The notes beneath the pieces are model-generated. The model did not search any database. It was not told where the DNA came from and saw nothing but the letters and a program-made list of their open reading frames with translations. From Bernardetia sp. ABR2-2B (GTDB lineage Bacteria > Bacteroidota > Bacteroidia > Cytophagales > Bernardetiaceae), in NCBI RefSeq assembly GCF_037126435.1, contig NZ_CP147020.1:1907293-1971292 (forward strand): a stretch of 64,000 nt of DNA, given 5' to 3'. The position numbers were made by a program, and so were the translations under genes. This document shows, in pieces, positions 1-8,587 of this stretch. How positions within the stretch are numbered: the stretch's first letter is position 1; each line of letters starts with the position of its first letter.

Positions 1-2
1 AA

Positions 3-698
3 AATAGAATAAAAGGAGCTTGGCAGCTAGAACATCGCCCCGAACAAATCCCTGCAAAGTTGTTATTTTTTAATCAGTTTGCACAGTCTTCAGTTATGAT
101 ACGAAAAGAATTTGCAGACTTAAAATATAGAGAAGAATATCCTCCAACAGAAGATTATGATTTGTGGGTACGTATTGCACACAAAACTAGAGTTACAAAT
201 CTTGCTGAATCTTTAGTAAAATATAGAATCCACGACCAAAATATTAGTCAAACACAAAAAGAAAAAGCAGATAGACACGTTTTGAAAATCTATAAAAATC
301 AGTTAGAAGAATTAGGAATTTATGCCAATCAAGATGAACTTATCCTACATAAAAAAATAGGAAATATGGATTTCAAACAAAATAATGAATCCTTTTTCGA
401 AAAAGTAAAAAACTGGTTAGAACTGCTCAACTCTAAAAATGAAAAAATAGAAGTTTATAATAAAATAGTTTTTAATAACCTTTTGGGAGAGTTTTGGGCA
501 GAACTTTTATCTAAAAATATAGAACTTTCTATTACAAAAAAAGCTTTTCAAAATTCGATTTTATCTTCTTATCTTAATTCTACCAAAAAAAATAACCTTT
601 CAAAATCTTTTAGACTTCGTTCTTTTCCTTTTAATTATACTATAAAACCTGCTTTAAATGTCATAAAAAAATTACAAGACTGGAAAAGAAAAAAATAG
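3..698 (+). CDS. Glycosyltransferase family 2, C-terminal part (5' end outside window)
   Basis: Reading frame is open from base 3. Translation contains '...EDYDLWVRIAHK...' as in GT2 C-terminal regions. Track start at 60 is a TTG. Confidence 0.45.
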   Translation, partial: NRIKGAWQLEHRPEQIPAKLLFFNQFAQSSVMIRKEFADLKYREEYPPTEDYDLWVRIAHKTRVTNLAESLVKYRIHDQNISQTQKEKADRHVLKIYKNQLEELGIYANQDELILHKKIGNMDFKQNNESFFEKVKNWLELLNSKNEKIEVYNKIVFNNLLGEFWAELLSKNIELSITKKAFQNSILSSYLNSTKKNNLSKSFRLRSFPFNYTIKPALNVIKKLQDWKRKK

Positions 699-800
699 GT
701 TATTTCTATTTCTGTAACTTCTGTTACCAAGTTTTTGAAAGCAAAACTCTAACTTTGTCATATTCAATTTAGTTTTATCACTCTCCAATTATATACAATT

Positions 801-1115
801 ATGTTAGATACAATCAAAAATTTGTTCAGCTCAAAACCTCCAACTGATTACAAAGCACTTTTGAAAGAAGGCGCAATTATTATCGATGTTCGTACGAAGG
901 GCGAATATGCAGGAGGACACATTCAAAACTCTAAAAATATTCCTTTAGATACATTAGCAAATCAGTTAGGACAATTTAAAGATAAAAACCAGATAATTAT
1001 TACTTGTTGTGCTTCTGGAATGCGTAGTGGAAGTGCAAAAAGTTTATTACAATCAAAAGGTTATACAAATGTTTATAATGGTGGTGGCTGGTCTGGTTTG
1101 AATAATAAAATTTAG
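801..1115 (+). CDS. Rhodanese-like domain protein (sulfurtransferase)
   Basis: Translation 'IIDVRTKGEYAGGHIQNSKNIP' with active-site Cys loop 'CCASGMRSG'; ~100-aa single rhodanese domain. Confidence 0.8.
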   Translation: MLDTIKNLFSSKPPTDYKALLKEGAIIIDVRTKGEYAGGHIQNSKNIPLDTLANQLGQFKDKNQIIITCCASGMRSGSAKSLLQSKGYTNVYNGGGWSGLNNKI

Positions 1116-1218
1116 TTTTTAAATCTTAAGCAATTGAGTAAAATTAAATACAACGAAACCCACGATTAAAATTGTGGGAAGACATTTTAAAATAGGAATA
1201 AGAATATAATTCCTGCTA

Positions 1219-1248
1219 TCCCATAACTAAAGTTATGGGTTTCGTTTT
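1219..1248 (+). terminator. Hairpin followed by T-tract (likely terminator of rhodanese gene)
   Basis: 'cccataact-aa-agttatggg' stem-loop followed by 'tttcgtttt'. A second hairpin 'ggacaagg-cgta-ccttgtcc' lies at 1301-1320. Confidence 0.4.
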
Positions 1249-1332
1249 AAAATCAAATTTTACCATTAACTTATAATTAAACCTGCTCAACTACTTATAA
1301 GGACAAGGCGTACCTTGTCCTTGCAACTCTTT

Positions 1333-2517
1333 TTAATTTTCTTTTATCAAAATTCCTCCCTCATCAGTTATTTCAATAATTCCTTCTGGAATATCTGTTT
1401 TGTTGAGATTTTGAATAATCGGAATTACCTTTTTATCTTTATCTATCGAAACTCCACCACGTCCACGTTGGATAATGGGCGTAATCTGACCAGAAATAAA
1501 TTTGCCTTCTTTATCAACTTTTAGATTTACGATTGGCGCAAGTCCACTTTCTCCACGCAAACTAAAACGGTCATACGTACAAAAATTCCCCAAACTATAT
1601 GCAACAAATCTATCTTTATAAACTTCCATAGCACGAGTAACATGAGGTCCATGTCCGAAAATAATATCTGCACCTGCATCAATCATGGCGTGAGAAAAAG
1701 CATATACATTTCCTCTATTTTCTCCATAGAAAGTTTCTGTTTTGCGTGTAATATGTTGCTTACTTCTACCTTCTGCACCTCCATGAAAAGAAACAATGAC
1801 TACGTCACAAGAATCATTTAATGTTTTTACAATAGCTTCGGCTGCCTTTATATTTCTAATATCCATTGTCCCAGAATTGGGTGCAAAGGCTGCAAAACCG
1901 TACTTTACTCCTTCTTTTTCGAACATTGTATAAGGACAAGAAACCAAACCTGCATATTCTATGTTAATACTTTCTAAGAATTTTTTACTGTTTTCTCTAC
2001 CTGAATTTCCAAAATCTCCCATATGGTTATTGGCAATACTGACTACATCGAAACCACCTTGTTTCAAAACATCTTCTACTAGCTTTTCTGGCATACGAAA
2101 CGCATAGCATTTACTAGGATCTGAACAGCGTTTTACCTGTCCTCCTTTATTCAAAACTACTCCCTCTAAATTTCCAAAAGTAAGGTCAGCACTTTTAAGG
2201 ATAGAATCTACCTCTGAAATCAAATCTTTACCTTCATTGGGTGGCAAATGGGCAGTAGAAGGAAAATTTGTTCCAAACATCATATCACCTACACCAATAA
2301 TTTGTAGTGTTTCTTTTTTGATAGAATTATCTTTTACAGACGAAAGCGTACTATCACTTAGTTTTAGTTTTAAAGAATCTGTTAAGTCATTAATAAGAGC
2401 TAAAGAATCGTTACTCTCGTTCAGAGTAGCTTTGTAATCTGTTTGGCTACAACTAAAATGAGAAATACTGATGGCAGGAAGAAGAAAAACGAGAAAAATA
2501 AGTTTTTGGATTTTCAT
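1333..2517 (-). CDS. CapA family metallophosphatase-like lipoprotein (poly-gamma-glutamate capsule synthesis family)
   Basis: Lipoprotein signal 'LLPAISISHFSCSQ'. Motifs 'GVGDMMFG', 'ANNHMGDFG', 'SFHGGAEG', 'GHGPHV' are typical of the CapA/PGA_cap family. Confidence 0.75.
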   Translation of the reverse strand: MKIQKLIFLVFLLPAISISHFSCSQTDYKATLNESNDSLALINDLTDSLKLKLSDSTLSSVKDNSIKKETLQIIGVGDMMFGTNFPSTAHLPPNEGKDLISEVDSILKSADLTFGNLEGVVLNKGGQVKRCSDPSKCYAFRMPEKLVEDVLKQGGFDVVSIANNHMGDFGNSGRENSKKFLESINIEYAGLVSCPYTMFEKEGVKYGFAAFAPNSGTMDIRNIKAAEAIVKTLNDSCDVVIVSFHGGAEGRSKQHITRKTETFYGENRGNVYAFSHAMIDAGADIIFGHGPHVTRAMEVYKDRFVAYSLGNFCTYDRFSLRGESGLAPIVNLKVDKEGKFISGQITPIIQRGRGGVSIDKDKKVIPIIQNLNKTDIPEGIIEITDEGGILIKEN

Positions 2518-2820
2518 AGAAAATAAGTTTTGTAATGATATATGTAGCTGACTAACAGCACACTATTTATAGTTTTTGTGTATAAAATTAATGATAAATA
2601 ATTGATTTAAAAAGATTAAATAAACGTTAATAATAGATTAATAAGAATTAAATTTGGTTATAAGTTGTAAAAGCAAATAAAATTTCGTATATTGACTTTG
2701 TTGGTAATTTAACTGACATAGTAATAAGTAGTCGCTTTAAGGTACATTTTTTAGATATTCATCTATCTATTGGCTGACAAAAACTAATTACTCATTTGTG
2801 CTTCAATTTTTTTAAAACAC

Positions 2821-2997
2821 TAATTCAATGATTTTTATTGCGACAGAAGACCAAAAAGGAAAAATAACTGCATTCTTTGCAAAAAATAAAAAACAACTTA
2901 AAGAGAAAGGGTTCAAATGGATTCGTAAATTTGACGACGAACATCGTGCTATCCTTTGGGTAAATGAAAGTTATTTACTAAATAAGAAAGAGTATTT
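2821..2997 (+). CDS. Small hypothetical protein (58 aa), not in the ORF track
   Basis: ATG...TAA ORF translating to 'MIFIATEDQKGKITAFFAKNKKQLKEKGFKWIRKFDDEHRAILWVNESYLLNKKEYLY'. Composition looks coding-like. Convergent with the HNH-ATPase gene. Confidence 0.25.
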
Positions 2998-3055
2998 GTA
3001 TTAAAATATTTTGGCGAAGCTAAATTTAGTAATTCGCCTTTTTGCTGGAAACTAA

Positions 3056-5170
3056 TTACTTCTTACTAGTAATTGTAAAATAGTCTTTTGCTATTATTTC
3101 TAAATATTCGTGATACGGACTTAGTTTGGGGAGCGCATTTTTTATTTTCAGATATAACTGCTCTGCATAAAGTTTGTCATTTTTTCCGATTGCTTGTGAT
3201 AACTCTGTTAGATAATCATCCATAATAGGCGATATTTCGGTTACGTTTCCTAACAAACGAGCCAATATTTCACTAATTGTCCAAGCCCATGGCATTCCTT
3301 CCATCAGTAGAGGATGAGCAATAATGCGCTCATCTTCCCATTCTAAGGAAATTATATTATTTGATGCCATCGATTGAATCATAAATGGACTTTGCGTTCC
3401 CACTATAAACTGCGTATTTGGAAACACTTCTGAAAGACGAGGAATGAGTGTGCGCTGCAAATTAGGACTTAAATGAACATCAATCTCATCAATCAAAACG
3501 ATTGCTTGTATGCTTTCTGGATATTCTATATCAAAAGGGTGTTGGATAGCTCGTACGCACAAATCCAAAATCCAACTAAAAACAGTCTGAAAACCATCTG
3601 ACATTGCTGAAATAAGGGATTCTCCAGAGGATGTTTGAAAGACAAAATCTCCATCTTTATTTAACCCCAAAAGTCCTTGTTCTAATTTTTCATCTTGTTC
3701 GTTTTCTGTAATATTTGAAGGAGGAGCAAGTAAACGATTTACTATTTTTCGAATGGGTTCGATATTGTTTTCTATGAAACTATAAGTGCTATGGTCATCC
3801 TCGCTTTTTAGAAATCCATTTTCTCCAAACAAAGAAGCAATAGGCGCAAAGGTACGATGCTGAAAATCATAGTTTCGAAGCCCTCTTTTTCCTGTACTAT
3901 ATCCCAAAACCATTAAATTTTCACGTATTATTTCAAAATAACGGCGATGACTTCCCGTGTTCATTACTCCATTTCTATCAATCTTAAATTTGATATTTAC
4001 TTCCTCTCCAAAACCTTGCAGACGAAGCACCAAATGCCCTACTTTTTTATCTCCATGAACTACATTTTCCCATCCATAATTAATAGGTGGTTTGGGAATA
4101 TTGGCTAATCCTAATGCAATAAGTTGAAGGATAGTCGATTTTCCTGTTCCATTTGTTCCGACAATGAGCGTGATATTTTCTTTCGTGTGAATATGAGGTA
4201 AATCAATAGAAAGTTTATCAAAACAACGGATATTTTTGATAAACATTGACTCCAAAATAAGCGTGTTATCTTCACTTGCTCGTTGTTCTTCTGGAAAATC
4301 AATATTTAAAAAAGGCGTAATTGTTTCGATAAAATGAACCTGTACTTGTTCCAAAACACGCATAACTTCAAAATCTTCACACTCATCAATAAAAAAGTAT
4401 TCAAAATTAAAAAGCATATTTTTCCCCATCATTGCATGTGGCGTTCTTTGTGCTGCCATTGCATTGAGTTCTGTCAAAATAGGTTCAAAATGCTCTTTTA
4501 ATAGTGAAACTGGTACTGGATAGCGAACAGTATTTTCTAAAAGGTTCTCAGCAGCTTGATAAAGTTTTTGGGTAATATCACGTATGATTCGATGACGAGC
4601 TACTGCCGACGAACCCATATTAATTTTATATGCCGTAATGGTAGAAGCTGCACGTAAATTTCTTTTGATAGGTTGCAAATTCCCCTGCCTATCAATAGCT
4701 ATATATTTTTCAGGAACATCTAATTCTGGATTGATAATCAGTGGATCTTCTGCCAAATGAATATCTGAATCTGCTCTCCAAAGCGTTCTGTCTTCAGGTG
4801 GTTTCTTGACTCGCTTGTGTTTATTCATTATCGGAAACTGACTATCCTCATAAAGTTTGCATTCTTCACAAACAGGTAAAAGATTTGTCCATTCGTAAAT
4901 AAGCCAATAATAAAGCTCTGGCGAACGGTAATGTGTCAAGAAAGCTGTCGATTCTTCAATAGAAATTCCTACTTCACAAAAGGCACATTTATTATAATGA
5001 ATTTCAAGAAGTTTGCCCAACACGTTTTCATGCATCAAAATATCCAAACGAGGGTATCCCACAAACTTACCTATCTCCAAAAGTGTCTGAATAACATTTT
5101 CAGTTTCTGGAGATTGTAAAATAGCTGGAATATCATTTGGATTTTTTCGTACTGAAATCATAGGGAGCAA
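3056..5170 (-). CDS. HNH endonuclease domain fused to ABC-type (AAA_15/21-like) ATPase; Septu (PtuB+PtuA)-like single-polypeptide defence candidate
   Basis: N-terminus: 'CAFCE...LTHYRSP...WTNLLPVCEEC' (CxxC...H...N...CxxC HNH, TIGR02646-like). Middle: Walker A 'GTNGTGKST'. C-terminal part: Walker B/D-loop 'VLIDEIDVHL' and 'TQSP' signature-like motif. Confidence 0.6.
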   Translation of the reverse strand: MLPMISVRKNPNDIPAILQSPETENVIQTLLEIGKFVGYPRLDILMHENVLGKLLEIHYNKCAFCEVGISIEESTAFLTHYRSPELYYWLIYEWTNLLPVCEECKLYEDSQFPIMNKHKRVKKPPEDRTLWRADSDIHLAEDPLIINPELDVPEKYIAIDRQGNLQPIKRNLRAASTITAYKINMGSSAVARHRIIRDITQKLYQAAENLLENTVRYPVPVSLLKEHFEPILTELNAMAAQRTPHAMMGKNMLFNFEYFFIDECEDFEVMRVLEQVQVHFIETITPFLNIDFPEEQRASEDNTLILESMFIKNIRCFDKLSIDLPHIHTKENITLIVGTNGTGKSTILQLIALGLANIPKPPINYGWENVVHGDKKVGHLVLRLQGFGEEVNIKFKIDRNGVMNTGSHRRYFEIIRENLMVLGYSTGKRGLRNYDFQHRTFAPIASLFGENGFLKSEDDHSTYSFIENNIEPIRKIVNRLLAPPSNITENEQDEKLEQGLLGLNKDGDFVFQTSSGESLISAMSDGFQTVFSWILDLCVRAIQHPFDIEYPESIQAIVLIDEIDVHLSPNLQRTLIPRLSEVFPNTQFIVGTQSPFMIQSMASNNIISLEWEDERIIAHPLLMEGMPWAWTISEILARLLGNVTEISPIMDDYLTELSQAIGKNDKLYAEQLYLKIKNALPKLSPYHEYLEIIAKDYFTITSKK

Positions 5171-5337
5171 TTACGAATTAAAAATTATGGATTACGAATG
5201 TAAATCACTGAATACAAATAATTTAAATTATTCAGCTTAATAGATTCTTTTTCCTAATTTAATTAACAACGAAGCATTAATAATTGAAAACTAATTATAC
5301 TAAAAAATAAATAACTATTAATGATTTAATTTTGGAT

Positions 5338-5679
5338 TTACTTTTCTGTATTTTGTTGGCTTTCTTTTAAATAAAGGGCTAACTTTTCACAAAGTTGATG
5401 GATTTCTTGTGCCATATAATCATCGTTTGTAGCACGGAGAAGCGTATCAGCCATTCCTCCCAAAATATTAATACTAAAACCTTTCATTTCTTCGACAGGC
5501 ATATCTTTTGTCCAAAGGTCAAGACGAAGACAGTTTTTTTCGTGTCCATCCCAAATAGCTAAAGCGATTGCTTTTGCTTCTTCAAGTTGTTTGCCACTAT
5601 CAGTTGCTTTCCAAAATATTTTTTCGGGTAGATTTTTATCATCTAATTCTATACTAAAACGGATTTCAGATTGTTTCAT
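5338..5679 (-). CDS. gldC: Gliding motility protein GldC
   Basis: 113-aa protein 'MKQSEIRFSIELDDKNLPEKIFWKATDSG' resembles GldC. Sits immediately downstream of a GldB-like lipoprotein gene, the conserved gldB-gldC arrangement. Confidence 0.55.
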   Translation of the reverse strand: MKQSEIRFSIELDDKNLPEKIFWKATDSGKQLEEAKAIALAIWDGHEKNCLRLDLWTKDMPVEEMKGFSINILGGMADTLLRATNDDYMAQEIHQLCEKLALYLKESQQNTEK

Positions 5680-5883
5680 TTTTGATGGGTTGATGTCGCT
5701 AGTGAAAACACAAGCAACGGCAAGGTTAAGTTTGCTGGTTAAAATTAAGAATACAAATTTACGAAAAAAAACAACCTTATTCGATAGTCAGATTATAGAA
5801 AGACAATTGAATGAGTTTTAGACAAAAAACCGAAATTCAAGTTTATTGAGTTTTGGTTTTTGTATGCTTTTTTAGAAATAGAA

Positions 5884-6984
5884 TTATTTCATTTTTGCTA
5901 ATTGCTGACTGCGTTCGGCTTCCATTGATTTAACCCACGCTTCATACTTTTCTGGACTCATTTCTCTAAAACCTAATTCTTCCATTTTAGCATTTACTTC
6001 TTTGAATTTTCGATAGTTTTCTTTCAACCAAGCATTTTCGTAGTTACCGTTTTTCTTCTGAAAAGCAACTCCAAAATGTCGTAATGTATTGCTTTTTGCT
6101 GCCAAACTAGGAATACAAGTGGGAAAATAAATTAAAGAAGTATCCAAACAAGCCAAACCAAATTTTGAATAACCGTACTGACTTTCATAAGCTGTTTCTA
6201 GCATTTTCAAACAAAAAGCAATATCTTCTTTTGGACTTAACTCTTTCATATAAATTCCTTTTCTGATACTTTCTGCTGAAATATCCATGGAAGAAATCAT
6301 CCAACTATCTGATGAAAAATTGCCGTTGGTAAGTTCTATATTTACCCATTTATTTTGCTCGTCTAAATGCTTGATGTACATGTGATTGGGTCCGAGAGCT
6401 AGATAAGCATTTGCTTTTATTTCATTTGCTAAAATCTTATATAAAATAGGCATCGAACGGCATTGTCCTTCATGTGTCTTTAAGAGTTTAGAAACAAACA
6501 TACTTCTATGGTCTTTTTCTCCATAAAAATCTTCAAAGTCATACGTATAAGGCTTATAATTATTCATTTTGTGAGGTTTTGTAAAAAACTCAAAAAGAGC
6601 ATAATTTCCTGCTGTTTTATAAGTAGAAATCCCTTTTGCTGCCACAAACTTGTTTAGGTCTTTTGCTATTTTATCTATCTGATTACAAAATTCTGTATAA
6701 TCTAACTCTCCTCCAGAATATGCCCATTCTACCAAAAAAACAGCTCGTTTGAAGTCAAGAGGGATTTTATCCAAAAGCATTTGATTAATTTCTTGAAAAG
6801 CAAGATTGTAATATTTGTTATCTGTATGAACAACAGAAGAATCAAATTGAAATTTAGAAATAGTTTTTTCTATTTTAGTTTCTATTGTTTTAATAGATTC
6901 AGTTTCTGTTTTCTTTTCTTCAATATTTTGAGAGCAGGAAAAGCAGAACAAAAACAGTATAATATAAGAATAATTAATTTTCAT
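5884..6984 (-). CDS. gldB: Gliding motility lipoprotein GldB
   Basis: Lipoprotein signal 'FLFCFSCSQN'; ~360 aa; located directly upstream of gldC. Assignment rests on size and synteny, not a strong motif. Confidence 0.5.
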   Translation of the reverse strand: MKINYSYIILFLFCFSCSQNIEEKKTETESIKTIETKIEKTISKFQFDSSVVHTDNKYYNLAFQEINQMLLDKIPLDFKRAVFLVEWAYSGGELDYTEFCNQIDKIAKDLNKFVAAKGISTYKTAGNYALFEFFTKPHKMNNYKPYTYDFEDFYGEKDHRSMFVSKLLKTHEGQCRSMPILYKILANEIKANAYLALGPNHMYIKHLDEQNKWVNIELTNGNFSSDSWMISSMDISAESIRKGIYMKELSPKEDIAFCLKMLETAYESQYGYSKFGLACLDTSLIYFPTCIPSLAAKSNTLRHFGVAFQKKNGNYENAWLKENYRKFKEVNAKMEELGFREMSPEKYEAWVKSMEAERSQQLAKMK

Positions 6985-7411
6985 ATTTCACGAATACTTT
7001 TACATTTACACATAATTTTTTGACCTTTCTTTCTTTTCGCAATCTTAAAGTATATTTATCTTTTGAGCTTGATGTAAATCTTAATCCTGTATAATACTTA
7101 TCATTTATTTTAGTAGTTACGATTACAGAATCATTCTTTATTACTTCTAAATATGTTCCTTTACTGAGTCTTTTATTGTATGTAGTATAGTCGTACATAG
7201 ATATAGAATATACTTTTCCACTATCTAAATCAATATCCCATTCTGCAAAAGGCTTGAAATAAAAATCGTATATTTCTTTACTATCATACACAACTCTTCT
7301 AGAAGGGAGAGAAACACTCCTTAAGTCATTAATATACTCTTTTTTACACTGTTTGTTTATCGAACAACCAAATATAAATAGAGAAATATATAATAAAAAT
7401 AAAGGCTTCAT
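6974..7411 (-). CDS. Small lipoprotein, paralogue of 7417-7881 (candidate orphan immunity protein)
   Basis: Signal 'LYISLFIFGCS'. C-terminus '...YTLRLRKERKVKKLCVNVKVFVKYEN' parallels '...YLFELRQDSKSKPLCYNIIVFIKDK' of the neighbouring gene. Confidence 0.5.
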   Translation of the reverse strand: MKPLFLLYISLFIFGCSINKQCKKEYINDLRSVSLPSRRVVYDSKEIYDFYFKPFAEWDIDLDSGKVYSISMYDYTTYNKRLSKGTYLEVIKNDSVIVTTKINDKYYTGLRFTSSSKDKYTLRLRKERKVKKLCVNVKVFVKYEN

Positions 7412-7416
7412 GATAG

Positions 7417-7881
7417 TTATTTATCTTTGATAAACACAATAATATTGTAACATAAAGGTTTTGATTTAGAATCTTGTCTTAGTTCAAATAGATAATTTCC
7501 ACTCTGTTTAGGAGTAATCGTAATTCCCCAAAAATATCTATTATCTATTTTGCTACTGCTTATAAATTCATTATTGAGCTTTAAATTTAGAAATACCTTG
7601 TATTTAATAAAGGAATCAGTAGTATAATCACCATATATTCTAGCTTCATAAGCTTCTCCTTCCTTTAAGTTGAGAATAATATCTTCGCTAGGTTTAGCAT
7701 GGTAACTGTACTTAGGTGTGAAACCAACTATTCCTTTTCTAGATGTTAAGGTGTATAAAATTTTTCTTTTTTTATACTTAGTAGCACAATCTGGGTGACA
7801 AGCTATTTGACAAAGAGATAATAGTAAAAAAAAGAATATTATTTTCGTTTTTTGTGAGTATGATCTGACTCTGGATTCCAT
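7417..7881 (-). CDS. Small lipoprotein, paralogue of 6974-7411
   Basis: Signal 'IIFFFLLLSLCQIAC'; shares C-terminal block with neighbour; tandem arrangement. Confidence 0.5.
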   Translation of the reverse strand: MESRVRSYSQKTKIIFFFLLLSLCQIACHPDCATKYKKRKILYTLTSRKGIVGFTPKYSYHAKPSEDIILNLKEGEAYEARIYGDYTTDSFIKYKVFLNLKLNNEFISSSKIDNRYFWGITITPKQSGNYLFELRQDSKSKPLCYNIIVFIKDK

Positions 7882-8089
7882 TTATTTTTTGTTTAAGCCG
7901 TTGTCGGTGTCCCCACCGACGACTTTTAACTTTCAAAATAGGTGTAAATTCGGATAAAATTAGCGAGGTGCAAAAATTGTCAGAGAACCTTATTGCTTTA
8001 CTAATAGTTTCTTTTTCTTGTGTTTTTGTCTGACAAGAAAACAAGAAAAAAAACGTAACAAGTATTAATTTAACTCTTATAAAAATCAT
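7882..8089 (-). pseudogene. Possible remnant of a third small lipoprotein gene (signal peptide plus ~40 aa, then runs out of frame into next gene)
   Basis: ORF 7778-8089 begins 'MIFIRVKLILVTFFFLFSCQTKTQEK' (lipoprotein signal) but overlaps 7417-7881 by ~100 nt in another frame. A GC-rich hairpin 'gtcggtgtccccaccgac' lies at ~7905-7925. Confidence 0.2.
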
Positions 8090-8100
8090 TAATTTTTAAT

Positions 8101-8586
8101 TTAATCAAATACTGGAAATGATATAACATCTATATTATTTTGGGATTGAATAATTCTAGTAGCATATACTAAAGTATATGGATAAGAGCTATTTTTTTTC
8201 TTCAAATTTTCTATATCCCACGATGAAGTAAGATGTATAGTTTCATTTGAAAACCGACATATATCTGCAATTTCACCTTTTTCTTTGAAATAAACATAAT
8301 TAATAGTATCACTATAACTCCAAATGGAAGTAAAAAATCGTCCATTCTCATCTTCAAAACTTTCTAACAAAAATAAAGTATCACTCTTTAAGAAAGCTTT
8401 AGATTCTAATTCTTTAAAAAGACTTAGCCTAACTTTGTGAAAATAATTATAATTTATTTTTAATATTTTTTGTTCAATTTTTTTATTTTTTATATTATAT
8501 GATAATCTATTTAGATAATTAAAATCTTTTTTACAAGAAAAAAGGTAGAAAAATAGCACTATAATAATTCTTATTTTTTGTTTCAT
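8101..8586 (-). CDS. Lipoprotein, hypothetical; candidate immunity protein for upstream toxin
   Basis: Signal 'VLFFYLFSCKKD'. Start lies 2 nt downstream of the toxin gene's stop, on the same strand. Confidence 0.45.
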   Translation of the reverse strand: MKQKIRIIIVLFFYLFSCKKDFNYLNRLSYNIKNKKIEQKILKINYNYFHKVRLSLFKELESKAFLKSDTLFLLESFEDENGRFFTSIWSYSDTINYVYFKEKGEIADICRFSNETIHLTSSWDIENLKKKNSSYPYTLVYATRIIQSQNNIDVISFPVFD

Positions 8587-8587
8587 C

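Noticed and set aside
7778-8089. 103-aa ORF as a bona fide gene
   Set aside because: It overlaps the well-supported 7417-7881 lipoprotein gene by ~100 nt in another frame. Only its N-terminal signal peptide looks protein-like, so it is treated as a remnant.
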